Assembly (NCBI GenBank): GCA_002269645.1
Contig: NIVC01002329.1
Coordinates: forward strand, 1 to 64,000
Direction: 5' to 3'
Length of the DNA stretch: 64,000 nt
Source: Macrostomum lignano
Lineage: Eukaryota
Of the stretch, positions 1 through 10,932 are shown piece by piece; the stretch's first letter is position 1; each line of letters opens with the position of its first letter. The translations under genes were made by a program, and so were the position numbers. The notes below the pieces were generated by a model. The model saw only the letters and a program-made list of their open reading frames with translations. It had not been told where the DNA came from and ran no database searches.

Positions 1-549
1 TAGAAAAGTAGTTGTAGGTCTGGACGCCAGACCCAAGTCCGGCTCGCTGCCGACAAGCCTGTCCTTGCTGAACCAATTCGTTGCATTCAGTCCCGAGAAC
101 CTGGCGTCAAACGAGATCTTCAGCACCGTGACACCGTCCTTGAGCAGCTCGACCGAGATCGTCTTGCCGGACACGAGTCTCACAAGATCCGGAAGTCGGT
201 CGAGCCAACAAGAGCGCCAAAAGTTCATCGGAGGCGGTCCGACGAGCGGTGACAGCAGGAGAGACCAGTTGCAGTCGATGGGCGTCAGGTACGAGTCCAG
301 TACGTTGACTTGGCTAGCAGACTTGACCGCGAACAGCACGAGTCTGAGCTGGCTTTGAGACGTCAGTAGCTCAGTGGTGCGCGGCTCCGACTCGTTCAGC
401 AGCAGCTGGTCGCACCAGGCGGAGATCTCGCAGCCTTCAGCTTCAGCTAATGGGGTGTAGTGGATGAAGCCGGGGTCAGCGCCCTCCGCTTCAGCCTCAT
501 CCACTGCATCAGACAGTCGGCCTGATACTTTGTCTGAGTCTTCACCAGT
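1..549 (-). CDS. Probable coding exon of an uncharacterised protein; open to the left window edge
   Basis: 183 stop-free codons on the minus strand after a plausible acceptor (ttgccatAG at 551-550), with GC-rich codon usage like the other exons here. Translation includes LRLVLFAVKS...NFWRSCWLDRL...ISVELLKDGVTVLKISFDARFSGLNATNWFSKDRL, which resembles from memory an unnamed invertebrate domain. No start or stop lies in the window, so the ORF track missed it. Confidence 0.55.
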
Positions 550-1542
550 CTATGGCAACTCGTGGAACACCGGGTAGCGACATCTGCCTAAAGAACTCCG
601 ACTGCCTGTCGGACTCGAAAGTGCTGGATTCTACCGACGCAAATATGGCAGTTAATAGCAGGTAAGACAGAAGGTTTAGCTTCATTGTAAGATTGCGGCA
701 GAATCGAGTCGAATACTTCGGAATTCAACAAGATTTTACAAAATACGTCAGTCTAATTCTACTGCCACACTATGGCAATTGCTGTTGGTCAGGTTGCCAT
801 TTTTATGCATTCGATTCTTATAGTAAATGTCAAAGGTAAAAGGCAAGTACGAGCTATTTAAAAAGCCATTTTTTCATGCCAATCTTTTCTAGAATGGCAA
901 TGGCTTTTATTGCTATTGCAGCTTCTCAACAGTCACTCCAGCTGGAACAGGAAGCTTTGAGAAAATCGGTGTTTGAATGGCATTAACATGTTTTAGCCTA
1001 AGACGGATTGCCCCATCATGGTAAAGAAGACATTTCTGCTGCATGTCAATCAAGGACCACTGTATTAGGACTCTGCACTCACGAATCACAGAAAAAATTG
1101 AAGGCTGATTTTTCAGCCTTCAAAACTTTTTGAACCCCCATTAAAGTATTTTAAGCGGACATTTGGTTTACAAATAACTTGTTATTTGCATCAAAAGAGT
1201 TTGTTCCTGCCGGAAAGCTCGTTGAGACCCATGATTATTTGAGACCCGTGACACATATGCGTAAGAGGCTTCCCTCTTAACAATATCCCACCGCTGAGCC
1301 ACCAAATTTGTAATAGGGGGCTTGCCTCCGTCTCTTAATGTTAATCACACTGGTGCCACCAAGCTGTGCTAGGGCCTTACTTCTCTCTTTTGAACTCTAA
1401 AAGCTGCCACCAAAGGTTTGTCGTATGGGTGATCTAAATCCCACTGTAAACCACTAAGTTGTCCTAGGGTTACTTCTGTCTTAGTGTAAGTCTTGGGTAG
1501 CGTTCTGATAGCGTTCTGGTAGCGTTCTTAGTATACTTTTAG

Positions 1543-2330
1543 TATAGCATTTTGCAGCCCATTTGGGCCTACGTGCATTAAATTTAATCCAAGATAGGTT
1601 TGCCACCGTAACGGAGCTTTTGTCTATGGTAGCAAGGCTGGCACAGAGGCATTTAATTTGGTCCAACAAGCATCAACTTGGTCCATAGCTTCATTTGCAA
1701 CTGCTGCGGAGGAGCAAGATCAGCCCCAGTATTGTGGACCATTTGCTAGGCTGTCGAACCATTGGCTTGTGATCAAAGCTCTCGACAGAGGTGAACACCC
1801 AAAGGACATTGCAAGATTGCTGAATGTAAAGGAAAAGATTGTTTACAGCATCCAGCATCCAGCATTACAGCGCGTTGAAACCACTGCCGGCAGAGATTGT
1901 CTGCGAAAGGGTGGCAATTGCGGGATCGCCAAGGCTCGAAACTTCGACGAAAGCCTCCAGTCCAACTGCTACTCGATGCAGTTAAGACGAACCCTTTGTT
2001 GACGATGCAGAAAAGCAGCAGAGTTGGTCAAGGAACAGCTCCAGTTGGTTATCAGATTTCGGCTATCGGCAGAGCTCTGGGAAAGCGACTGAAAATTGCT
2101 GGTAGATCCGCTGACATTCCAGCGGTGCGCAACAACCCACAGACGGTTGCGAGGGGGCAGGAGTTTTCCAAATGGCTCACGAGCGTTTAGACCAAATTGA
2201 TGCTTGTTGGACTAAATTAAATGCAGCTGTGCCAGCCTTTCTACCATAGACAAAGGCTCCATTACATTAGTAAACCTATCTTGGATTAAATTCAATGCGC
2301 ATAGGCCCAAATGGGCTGCAAAAAGCTATA
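1543..2330 (+). mobile_element. Non-autonomous Tc1/mariner-like DNA transposon (internal deletion derivative)
   Basis: Inverted repeats 1545-1683 and 2190-2328 (about 139 bp, roughly 90% identical by eye), each flanked by TA. The interior carries frameshifted HTH-like peptides (LDRGEHPKDIARLLNVKEKIVYSI; RRKPPVQLLLDAVKTNPLLT) resembling a Tc1 transposase N-terminus. No DDE domain remains. Confidence 0.75.
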
Positions 2331-2642
2331 GTGTTTTCGGCATAGATCTGGTAGCGTCTCTGTATAAGTCTAGTAGCGTCTATGTACTTCTGGCCTGAGT
2401 GGGCTTACTGCAGCTGGTATATGTACTATTTTCCAGTCTGGGCTTTACCGAGATAGAGGGTCACGGCGTTTGCTTTTAGCATGTACTTCTAATGCATGTA
2501 CTCCCTTTGCATATACTCCTGATTTCTTTAGGGAGTTTCTCCGAATACTTCTTAGCACTTATTACTGCAAAATGATTGATACTTTATGAATCTGAGAACG
2601 ATTCTTAGTGAACGCATTTTTAAGCTTATAGCTAGCGAAAGA

Positions 2643-2867
2643 TGTAGCGAGCAACTCTAGCTGGTTGTTGCGAGTGTTAGTTAGCCACTCAAAAAGGTGA
2701 AGAAATAGAATGTGCCTGTGCCTGTATTTTTATTGTCTGGTAGAACACGGAGTTCCGGTTCACTGAGTGCGCGTTGGGATGTGTTCGAGCAGAGGGAAGT
2801 GGATAGGCTGGGTGGGGGTCACGGAGTGCAAACTAGGTACCCGAACTGCCTGCCTGCGCATGCTACA
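2643..2867 (-). repeat. 3' LTR of the gypsy element
   Basis: Direct repeat of 6873-7097 with TG...CA ends; 5 substitutions counted between the LTRs. Confidence 0.95.
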
Positions 2868-2880
2868 TCCCTCGTCTGGT
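2868..2880 (-). promoter_or_regulatory. Polypurine tract (PPT)
   Basis: Minus strand reads ACCAGACGAGGGA immediately before TGTAGC of the 3' LTR. Confidence 0.6.
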
Positions 2881-3058
2881 GGATTGGAACCCGGGGTGGG
2901 GTTGGGTACAACGTTGGGTCATGTTACGCGCGATCGAGCAATCAGTATCAGTCATTAGAGTCAATGATCAGTCCTTGCTGCTGTTCCGCCAGCTGTCAGA
3001 TGTCCAGAGCCTTTCGCCGGTCGCCCTCTTCGTAGCGTTTCGGCGTCTCCTTGGCCTG

Positions 3059-6000
3059 TCAGAGGTGCGGCCTGTTGGCGAGAGGGACGTCCTGGTTGCC
3101 GGTTGGCTCGGGCGGGCCGGTTGGTTCATCCGGCCGGCTGTCCTGTCCGCTGTCGCATTCTCCGGGGTCACCCGGCCACTCGTCGGCTGCCTGGGAGACT
3201 CGCTTGACGTGGCTGGCGTGCCTGGAGCACCTCTGGCCGGCCCGTTGGAGCTGCAGGGTGTTGCCGCGGACTTCTGTCACGGTCCATGGCGAGGCCTCGA
3301 AGAAGGGGTCGGTCTTGCTGCGGTTGGTGAGCCGGCGGAGTACGAGGTCGCCTACGGTGATCTGGTGGTCGGTGGCGCCCCTCTTGCTGTCGGCGAAGGC
3401 CTTCATCCGCTCCTTCGCCCTGGAGTCGTGGCCGCGGACGGTCTGTCGCCTGGCGTCAACCGGCCGGGAGTGGCGCAAGCTGGGGATCGTGTCGTTGAGC
3501 TGTCGGCCGAATAGCAGGTCGGCTGGGGCCATGCCGGTTGCTGCGTGCGGTGTTCGCCGGTATGCAGCCAGGTAGTCATCCAGTGCCGCCTGCCAGTTGC
3601 TGCCTTCCAGAATCGCCACTCTGATTGCCTTATTGAGGCCTCGGTTGCATCGCTCTACGAGTCCGTTCGCTTGGGGATGCAGCGGCGTAGTCCGATGGTG
3701 GTGGACGCCCTGGCTGCGCAGGAAGGCGTTGAATTCTGCGGACGAGAATGGCGGGCCGTCGTCGGTGGTGATCTTGACTGGCTGGCCGAACGTGCTGAAC
3801 CACTGGCGGAGGGTTCGGATGACCGGAGCTGCCGCTGTCGACCCCGACATCGTCTGTACCAGTGGGAAACGTGAAAAATAGTCGGTGCACACCAGCAGCA
3901 TGTGGCCTCTGATCTGTCCCAGGAAGTCCAGGCCCAGCTCTAACCACGGCCCCTGCGGCAGCTCAGTCGGCTGAAGTGGGGCTGCCTTCAATTCGGCTGT
4001 GTTCGTGCAGGCCTTGCAGAGTTTACGAAGTTCTCGACGGAGGCCCGTATTGAGGGCCACCAGACCTTTGTCTGGAGGCGTGCCAATGTTTTCTGGACAC
4101 CCAGGTGGCCTTGGTGCGCCAGCTGCAGGCAGCGGTAGCGCAGAATGGCAGGAACGACGATTTGGTGCCCTTTGAGCAGGAGTCCGTCGTGTTGTGAGAG
4201 CTCGTGCCGCATGCCGTGCAGGCTGTGCGCGTCGTCGCTATCGAGTTGCCACCGATGGAACCGGAGCCCGGATACGGCGGCTTGGATCGCCTTGTCGCCT
4301 ACTGCGGCAACCTTGATCGTTTCGAGGCTGATGCTGTTCGGTGCTGCTGCCTGTGCTGTCATTGCGATGTAGGCCGTGTCGAGATCCTCACCCTGGTTGT
4401 TCGGCGGTGTTGGACGTGGCTGGCGGCTCAGGACATCTGCCGGGTTGTCTGCGCCCGGCTGGTAGGTGACTTCGAAGTGGAGATCCTGCAGCCGAAGTGC
4501 CATGCGCTCGATCCGTGGCGGGGGCCGCGAGCCGGGGCTGAGCAGGCTGACCAGCGGCTTGTGGTCGGTGATGACCTTGAACTTTGGGCAGCCGCTAAGG
4601 TAGTGGTGGAACTTGAGGCACCCGAATTTGACGGCCAGCGCCTCCCTCTCTGTTTGCGAGTAGCGCTGCTCGCTGTCACTGAGGCTGCGGCTGGCGTAGG
4701 CGATTGGCCTGGTGAGGCCGCCAGGTTGCACCTGGGCGAGGATCGCCCCGAGGCCGGTCGGGCTGGCGTCGACGATCAGCCTGGTCTCGCAGTTCTTGTT
4801 GAAGAAGGCAAGCGTGGTGCTGTGAGCGATCGACTGCTTGATTGTCTGAAAGGCTGAGGCTTGCTGTGGGCCCCACGACCATTTCACGTTCTTCTTGGTC
4901 AGCTCTCGAAGTGGCCTCGCTTTGTCGGCGAGGTTTGGGATGAAGCGGGCTACGAATGTGACGAGTCCGAGAAAGGACCGCACCTCCGTTGCATTTTCTG
5001 GTCGCTTGAAGTTGGCCACAGCTTCCAGCTTTTCCTCGGTCGGTTGGATTCCGGCCGCCGAGAGGCGCATGGCCAGGAAGTCGGCCTGCTGGGTTGCAAT
5101 GCGGCATTTGCGGGGTTCAGAGTCACGTTGTGTTGACGCAGCCTGTCAAGGCAGTTGCGCAGCCTCTCGTTGTGTTCCTTTATGGTGCTGGCGAAGATAA
5201 TGATATCGTCATGGACCCACCGCACGCCTCTCAAACCGCTCAGGATAGATGTCATGACGCGCTGTAGGATTTCAGATGCTGAGGTAAATCCCATGCAAAG
5301 GCGCTTGAGGCGGAGCAGGCCCAGAGGCGTTGAGAAAGTGAGCAGCTGCCGGGACTCCTCGCTGACCTCGATCTGGTGGAAGGCCTTGGCAACGTCTAGT
5401 TCGGAGAAATAGGTGGAGCCGGCCATCTCGTCGGTGACTTCTTCGAATGTCGGTATTGGCTGCTTTTCTGGAATGACGTACTTATTGACGTCCCTCAGGT
5501 CCTGCGTGATGCGGATTTCGCCTGGCGAGGCCTTTGGAACGACCACCATGCGTGAACTCCAAGCGCTGGGCCCCGTCACTCGCTCCAGGATGCCGGCTGC
5601 TAGCTGGCCCTTCAGCTCCTTTTCCACGGCGGTTCGAAGATGCACCGGAACTCGAGACGGAGGGTGGCAGACTGGCAGCGCTTCTTCCTTCAGCTGGATG
5701 CTGACTGAGACGCCCTTGATGCAGCCGATTCCTTGAAAGCTGTCGCTGAACTCCTTCATGATCGATGACAGTCGCAAGTCTTGCGGAAGGTGCAGGTCGT
5801 TAACCGTTGGTGTCAGTCCGGCGGTGAGAGCTGTCTCGGCCTGCGGTCCGACCCTCAGCATCCCCATCTGCGTGCTTGTCTCGCGGCCTAGGATGGTGAT
5901 GCAGTCCTCTCTGATGACGATGAAGCGCACTCTCTCCGAGTTGCCGTTGATCTTCGTCTGCAGAGTGATCTGGCCAGCGGGTGTCAGGGGCCTCAATGCT

Positions 6001-6849
6001 CCGAGAGGATAGACCCTCGTGTGCGTGGGCTGAAGCGCCCGCTCGAGTGCTCCCGTTAGATGAATGGTCCGCTGGCTGAGCACGTTGCAGCTCGCACCGC
6101 TGTCGATCAGGACGGGTACGTTCGCGCCGTTGATGACCGCTTTGAAGGTGGCGCTTTTGCGGCTGGGGTCGAGGCTGGAGAATACCGCCTCCGCCAGGTG
6201 CGCCACTGCTGGTTCCTCTGGCTCAGGCTCTGCCATGTTAATGCGTGCGCGGCCGCTTAGGCAGGCCTTCGCCAGGTGGTGCAGCTTGCCGCAGTTACTG
6301 CAGCGCTTGCCTTGGGCCCGGTTGCAAGTGCGGTGGCCGGGCTCTCCGCACCGCAGGCATTTGTCGGCCGGGCTGGCTGGCGGGCGCCTGGTGGGGCGCT
6401 TGTCGCGTGCCGCATGCACTTCTTCAGCTGGTCCGGCTGCCGAGCGCTCCATGATTGCCGCTTGCTGGCTGGCTGCTTCGTTTGTTCTCGCCAGCTGGAG
6501 GGCATCGGGGAGGCTGATGTTGGGCACGTTGAGCAGCCGCTTTCGGAGGGATTCATTGCGGCAGCAGGCGGCACTGGCGGAATTGGTACCGGGTGAATAC
6601 CACATCAAGCGTTTGCTGCTCCGGCTGGTCAGTGGCGGGACGCGTCTGTGAGATCTCTTTAAAGATGTCTGCAACCTCTTTTCCCGCGGTATACAGGAGG
6701 ATTTCCTGCTTCTGGGCGTCGTCCGAAATTCCTGATGCTGCCAAGAATCGCTTTAGTGTGGTGGCCCACTCTGTCCAGCGCTTGCTGACGGTGTGGGGGT
6801 CCGCGCTAATGCTGAATGCGGATGGCGGCTGTAGCTGTAGTAGCGCCAT
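3059..6849 (-). pseudogene. Disrupted gag-pol: Gag with 2 CCHC-type knuckles, aspartic protease, RT, RNase H, integrase
   Basis: Motifs CLRCGEPGH / CSNCGKLHHLAKAC, LIDSGAS, ELDVAKAFHQ, VHDDIII, IVDASPTGLG...TDHKPL, HQGHLG...CKAC, LDFLG...TDDGPPF...NGLVERCN. Split over four ORF-track frames, with breaks near 6565, 5108 and 4022. Confidence 0.93.
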
Positions 6850-6859
6850 TGGGTTCTGG

Positions 6860-6871
6860 CTTGTGACGCCA
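6860..6871 (-). promoter_or_regulatory. Primer-binding site
   Basis: TGGCGTCACAAG 1 nt inside the 5' LTR on the minus strand (TGG complements the tRNA CCA end). tRNA identity not assigned. Confidence 0.7.
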
Positions 6872-6872
6872 A

Positions 6873-7097
6873 TGTAGCGAGCAACTCTAGCTGGTTGTTG
6901 CGAGTGTTAGTTAGCCACTCAAAAAGGTGAAGAAATAGAATGTGGCTGTGCCTGTATTTTTATTGTCTGGTAGAACACAGATTTCCGGTTCACTGAGTGC
7001 GCGTTGGGATGTGCTCGAGCAGAGGGAAGTGGATAGGCTGGGTGGGGGTCAGGGAGTGCAAACTAGGTACCCGAACTGCCTGCCTGCGCATGCTACA
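6873..7097 (-). repeat. 5' LTR of the gypsy element
   Basis: Direct repeat of 2643-2867, followed on the minus strand by the PBS and the gag ATG at 6849. Confidence 0.95.
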
Positions 7098-10000
7098 AAA
7101 GAGTTGGTCTCTTCTCCTCAAACTCCGCTTCTACTATACTAGATTGGACTATACTAGGTCTAGAATACTAGATTGATCGTGTATATTTAAAACCAACATC
7201 GAATTTTAAGAATATTTTGCAATATTTTACGCGTAAATTTAAAACTAGCCTTTCTAAGAATATAACCACTTGTACTTATGTATTCTCTCTATATAAATAT
7301 TGGAATATTATCTGTACGTAGCAGCATTCTCATTCTAGAAATTTTCGCGATAAACAAATTTTAAATATACAAGCCTTTTCTTACTCGTAATTCCAGAACA
7401 TTCTTTCTTCTGAAATAATATTTTTTTGATGGCAAAGCTATAAATATACATGTAGAAAATATAATAGATCCATTGTGCCACTATTATTTAACACCGCTAC
7501 ACAGACATAGCAACCTCGAAAACGAAGCGAAAATTTATTCAGATTCTAAAAAGTCATTAGAATTATAAAAAGCATAGCAGAGTCAGAAAATTTTTACATT
7601 CCAACACTGATTTAAAAGTCTACTGCCGAAGCTACAAGCTATTACAGCGGTAGGCAATACCCACGGGCAACCAGTAAGACTTCTTCAACTAGGCCTATGT
7701 AACACCTTGAATGTACTTTTTAATTGAGAAATCAAATAATCTATTGAGTAATGCTGAAAATTTGTTGCATTCTTTGTTTTGTGTTGTTAACAATTACTTA
7801 TGAATAATCGCGACAAAAATTTTGAAATCCAGCTTTCCATAAAATAAACTATGCATAAATCGATACACGCTATACACGAATGCAATCGATAATCAAGTAT
7901 ACAGCATCATTTATTGCACCGAACTTACCGAAGTAATGGAACCATACCAGTAAAGCAATACCAGTAAAGTTTTTTAAAATAGCTACTTGCCTAAATACTT
8001 AATTGCCTATAAAAATATTTACACTCAGTGACTCAAATATGCATATTTTGAATCAGTGAATGAGTCCGACCGCCGACCCTACTTGACTAAAGCCTGTACA
8101 CTAGACTGGATTATATACTAATATCGGATACTAAACATATAAATTTAAAACCATATTTAGTAATGCTATACAGTTTATATTATTTGTACTATTTAGTATT
8201 TGTTTTATTTGTACTTGTATCATTTTTTCCACTCTTCCAGCAAACAAGTATTCTGCAAATGTAAGCTGAAGCACTGTATACTTTCGGTTAATGATCATTT
8301 GTAATAGTAGCATTAAAATGATCGTCTTCCAAAATTGAAGTGGGTAGCATGGTGCACCTTTTGCTTTGTAACCCCTCTCTTTAAATTCTCTTTGCACTAT
8401 GTATAAGAGTGGAAGTGGGGGCCTCTATGGAAGTAGAGGCCTCTTGAGTGAGACGCTAGAGACAAGAAGTGCTGTAGTTTTGGAATGCAATCATTTTAAG
8501 ACAGTTTTTATATTTAAATGATCATCTTACAATCTTGAATTAGTATATAAATAAGGTGCTCATTTATAAAAAAAAGATGGATGGTTCCATGACTGCTTAT
8601 AAGCTACATTGACAAGAAGTGCTATAGTTTCAAAACACAATAATTTTAAGGCATTTTTCATATTTAAATGATTGTCATCCAAAATAGATATAATACATAA
8701 GGGGCTAATTAATATAAAATAGAATCATTTGTTCCATGAAAGTTAGAATCTTCTATTTCTAGAAACAGTTTGTTATAATGTTCTAAGAACTTCCAAGTTT
8801 TATTTATTTAAAACAATTTTTAAGGTGATTGTCACTTCACTCTGTGATTATCATCCAAAATATTGCCAAACTTTTAAATACTTTTATCTATTCAAGGTGG
8901 CTATTTTGATATATGACCATTCTGATTTGATTTATAACCATTTACCATTTTGATGTGGCCATTTTGTGTGTAGCCATTTTGATATATATTCTTCTTTGAA
9001 ACTCAAATGTGGATACAAAATTAGTATTAGAAAATCTAAATATACTAAATCTCTAATATTTGTTTGTTTGTATGTTCATTTGTATACTAAAAATGGTCTG
9101 TCAATAAGTAAGCATGTATGTGATCAATCTAGAAAAATTTCATTATAATTCTATATTTTTTAATATATACATACTACATGATCTGAGATATTATAAATGT
9201 GATGTTGCACAAGTTACTTTTGTTTAAAACAATAATATAATATCAACATTGTTAGTCTAGGCAAAACTAAGTCAAGTCATGTTTGCAATCAAAGTAGAAA
9301 AGATACATGAACAGAACTATACCAAAGTGATAAATGTATTTATTTAACTGCATGACATGAAACCACAAACAACAATAGACAAACACTATCTAATTGGCAG
9401 GGGGTTAAAACCATGTACACTGGCAAGCACCAATGTATAAATGGATAGAGATAAAGCAATAGCACACAAGATTGATTAGTCATGGGAGAGAGAGTGAAAG
9501 GGATAGCAAAATAACATGAAATCCAAAGTTCAATCCCCACAAATATCATGTTCTAAAACAATTAATTAAAAATGTGCCATTTGCTAGATTGTTTAGTTAG
9601 AGGCAAGGGGCTATATTATATATCTTGGTACACTTTACATGTATATCTTGGTTTATGTATGACACTTTGTAACATTGTCACAACTGGTAAGAGGTATTAT
9701 TGCCCATTCCACTAACTCTCCAAAGCAAGCAAGCATGCAATGCATGGATGGATGGATACATATGCAGTCATAAACATAGGCATACATACTGGAATGTACA
9801 ATAGCCTTAACTTTATTTATTGTTAGAAACATACACTTCATTGTGCCTTGAAAGTTGGCCTTCAAGGGTGTTAATTGCACAAGGAGACCCAAGCTGAGAT
9901 TCCAATTTACCCCAAATTAATGTGACTGCACTTTGATTGCATACCAGACCACTGGGCTATGGCTTCCTTGCTAACTTATTTATTAGGCAAATAATTTTTC

Positions 10001-10272
10001 CCCTTTACATTGTAGCATGCTTTACATATTAAGTATTTTAAGTAATATTAAAAACCAACAAAGCAAAAGGTCTAGAAGTACACTCATATGTAGATATTGC
10101 ATTTGATTTTATATACTTTCTCAAACTCAAACTATGAATTATTGCTTTCTGAATTTTAGCTAGATGAAAGCAGCCATGGCGCCTGACTTAGCCAGCCAGC
10201 CTGGCATATAGAAGTCAGCTGATAGTCAGCTAATAGCATTGTCAGCAACTGTCACTGTCTCCCATAGTAGAA

Positions 10273-10682
10273 ATGGGCTGCTCATACTCCAAGCGAGCTC
10301 CAGCAGGCAGCTCAGAACGCTGCCGGATGCTCTCCGTGTCTGGAGTAGTGCAAGCCCATAGGCACAACAATCACATAGTGGAAGAGCTCACCGAGGAGCA
10401 GATGGAAGAGCTGTGGCCAAAGTTCATTCAGGACATGGACATCACGGCCGACAAGGCTCAGGATTTGGCCGCCTTGGACACGGATAAGAAGTTGCAAGCG
10501 CTGCAGAATTGGCTCAGCTCCAAGCAGCCGGGTGAGGCCACGTCAACAGCCGGTTACTATGTGGCCCAGCTGCGCGGCCTTCGCGCCGGTGGCGGTGGTG
10601 GCGGCGGCGGCAACGGGCGCTGCTGCGAGCGTCAAGATTTGTTGAAAGGCTTGGAAAACTGCCTCAGATCGTATTCTGTACA
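10273..10682 (+). CDS. FMNL/FRL-type formin exon 1 (N-terminus, GBD)
   Basis: MGCSYSK start; EQMEELWPKFIQDMDITADKAQDL...KKLQ and LKGLENCLRS resemble the formin GBD/FH3 region. Donor CA|GTGAGT, phase 2. Confidence 0.85.
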
Positions 10683-10780
10683 GTGAGTGTCAATCGCATT
10701 AAAGTGCAGCTCTTCCAACAGTGTCAAAGAATGTATTTAACAATTATTTGATTTTAAATTTGCTTCTGTAATAATCCTAG

Positions 10781-10861
10781 GTGGTTAGAAGAATTCATGG
10801 ACTGCGGCGGGCTCGACTTACTGTTGGATTATTTAAGCAGAGCGTTGGACAGCCTCATTAG
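10781..10861 (+). CDS. Formin exon 2 (FH3/DID: WLEEFMDCGGLDLLLDYL)
   Basis: Acceptor atcctAG, donor AG|GTAAGA; matches the conserved W..EF...GL..L..YL DID motif; phases fit both neighbours. Confidence 0.85.
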   Translation: MVRRIHGLRRARLTVGLFKQSVGQPH

Positions 10862-10932
10862 GTAAGACTGCTATTCGAAAGTTTTTGTTTGTTTATCTGT
10901 TTGTTGTTTGGTTTGCGTTAACTGATCCTCTG

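Larger units (their letters stand above)
2643..7097 (-). mobile_element. Ty3/gypsy LTR retrotransposon (Mag-like), structurally complete but defective, 4455 bp
   Basis: Two 225-bp LTRs (TGTAGC...GCTACA), 5-bp TSD AAAGA (2638-2642 and 7098-7102), PBS, PPT, and gag-PR-RT-RH-IN domain order. Confidence 0.96.

Noticed and set aside
2879-6651. Many plus-strand ORFs within the gypsy element
   Set aside because: Antisense shadows of GC-rich gag-pol codons.
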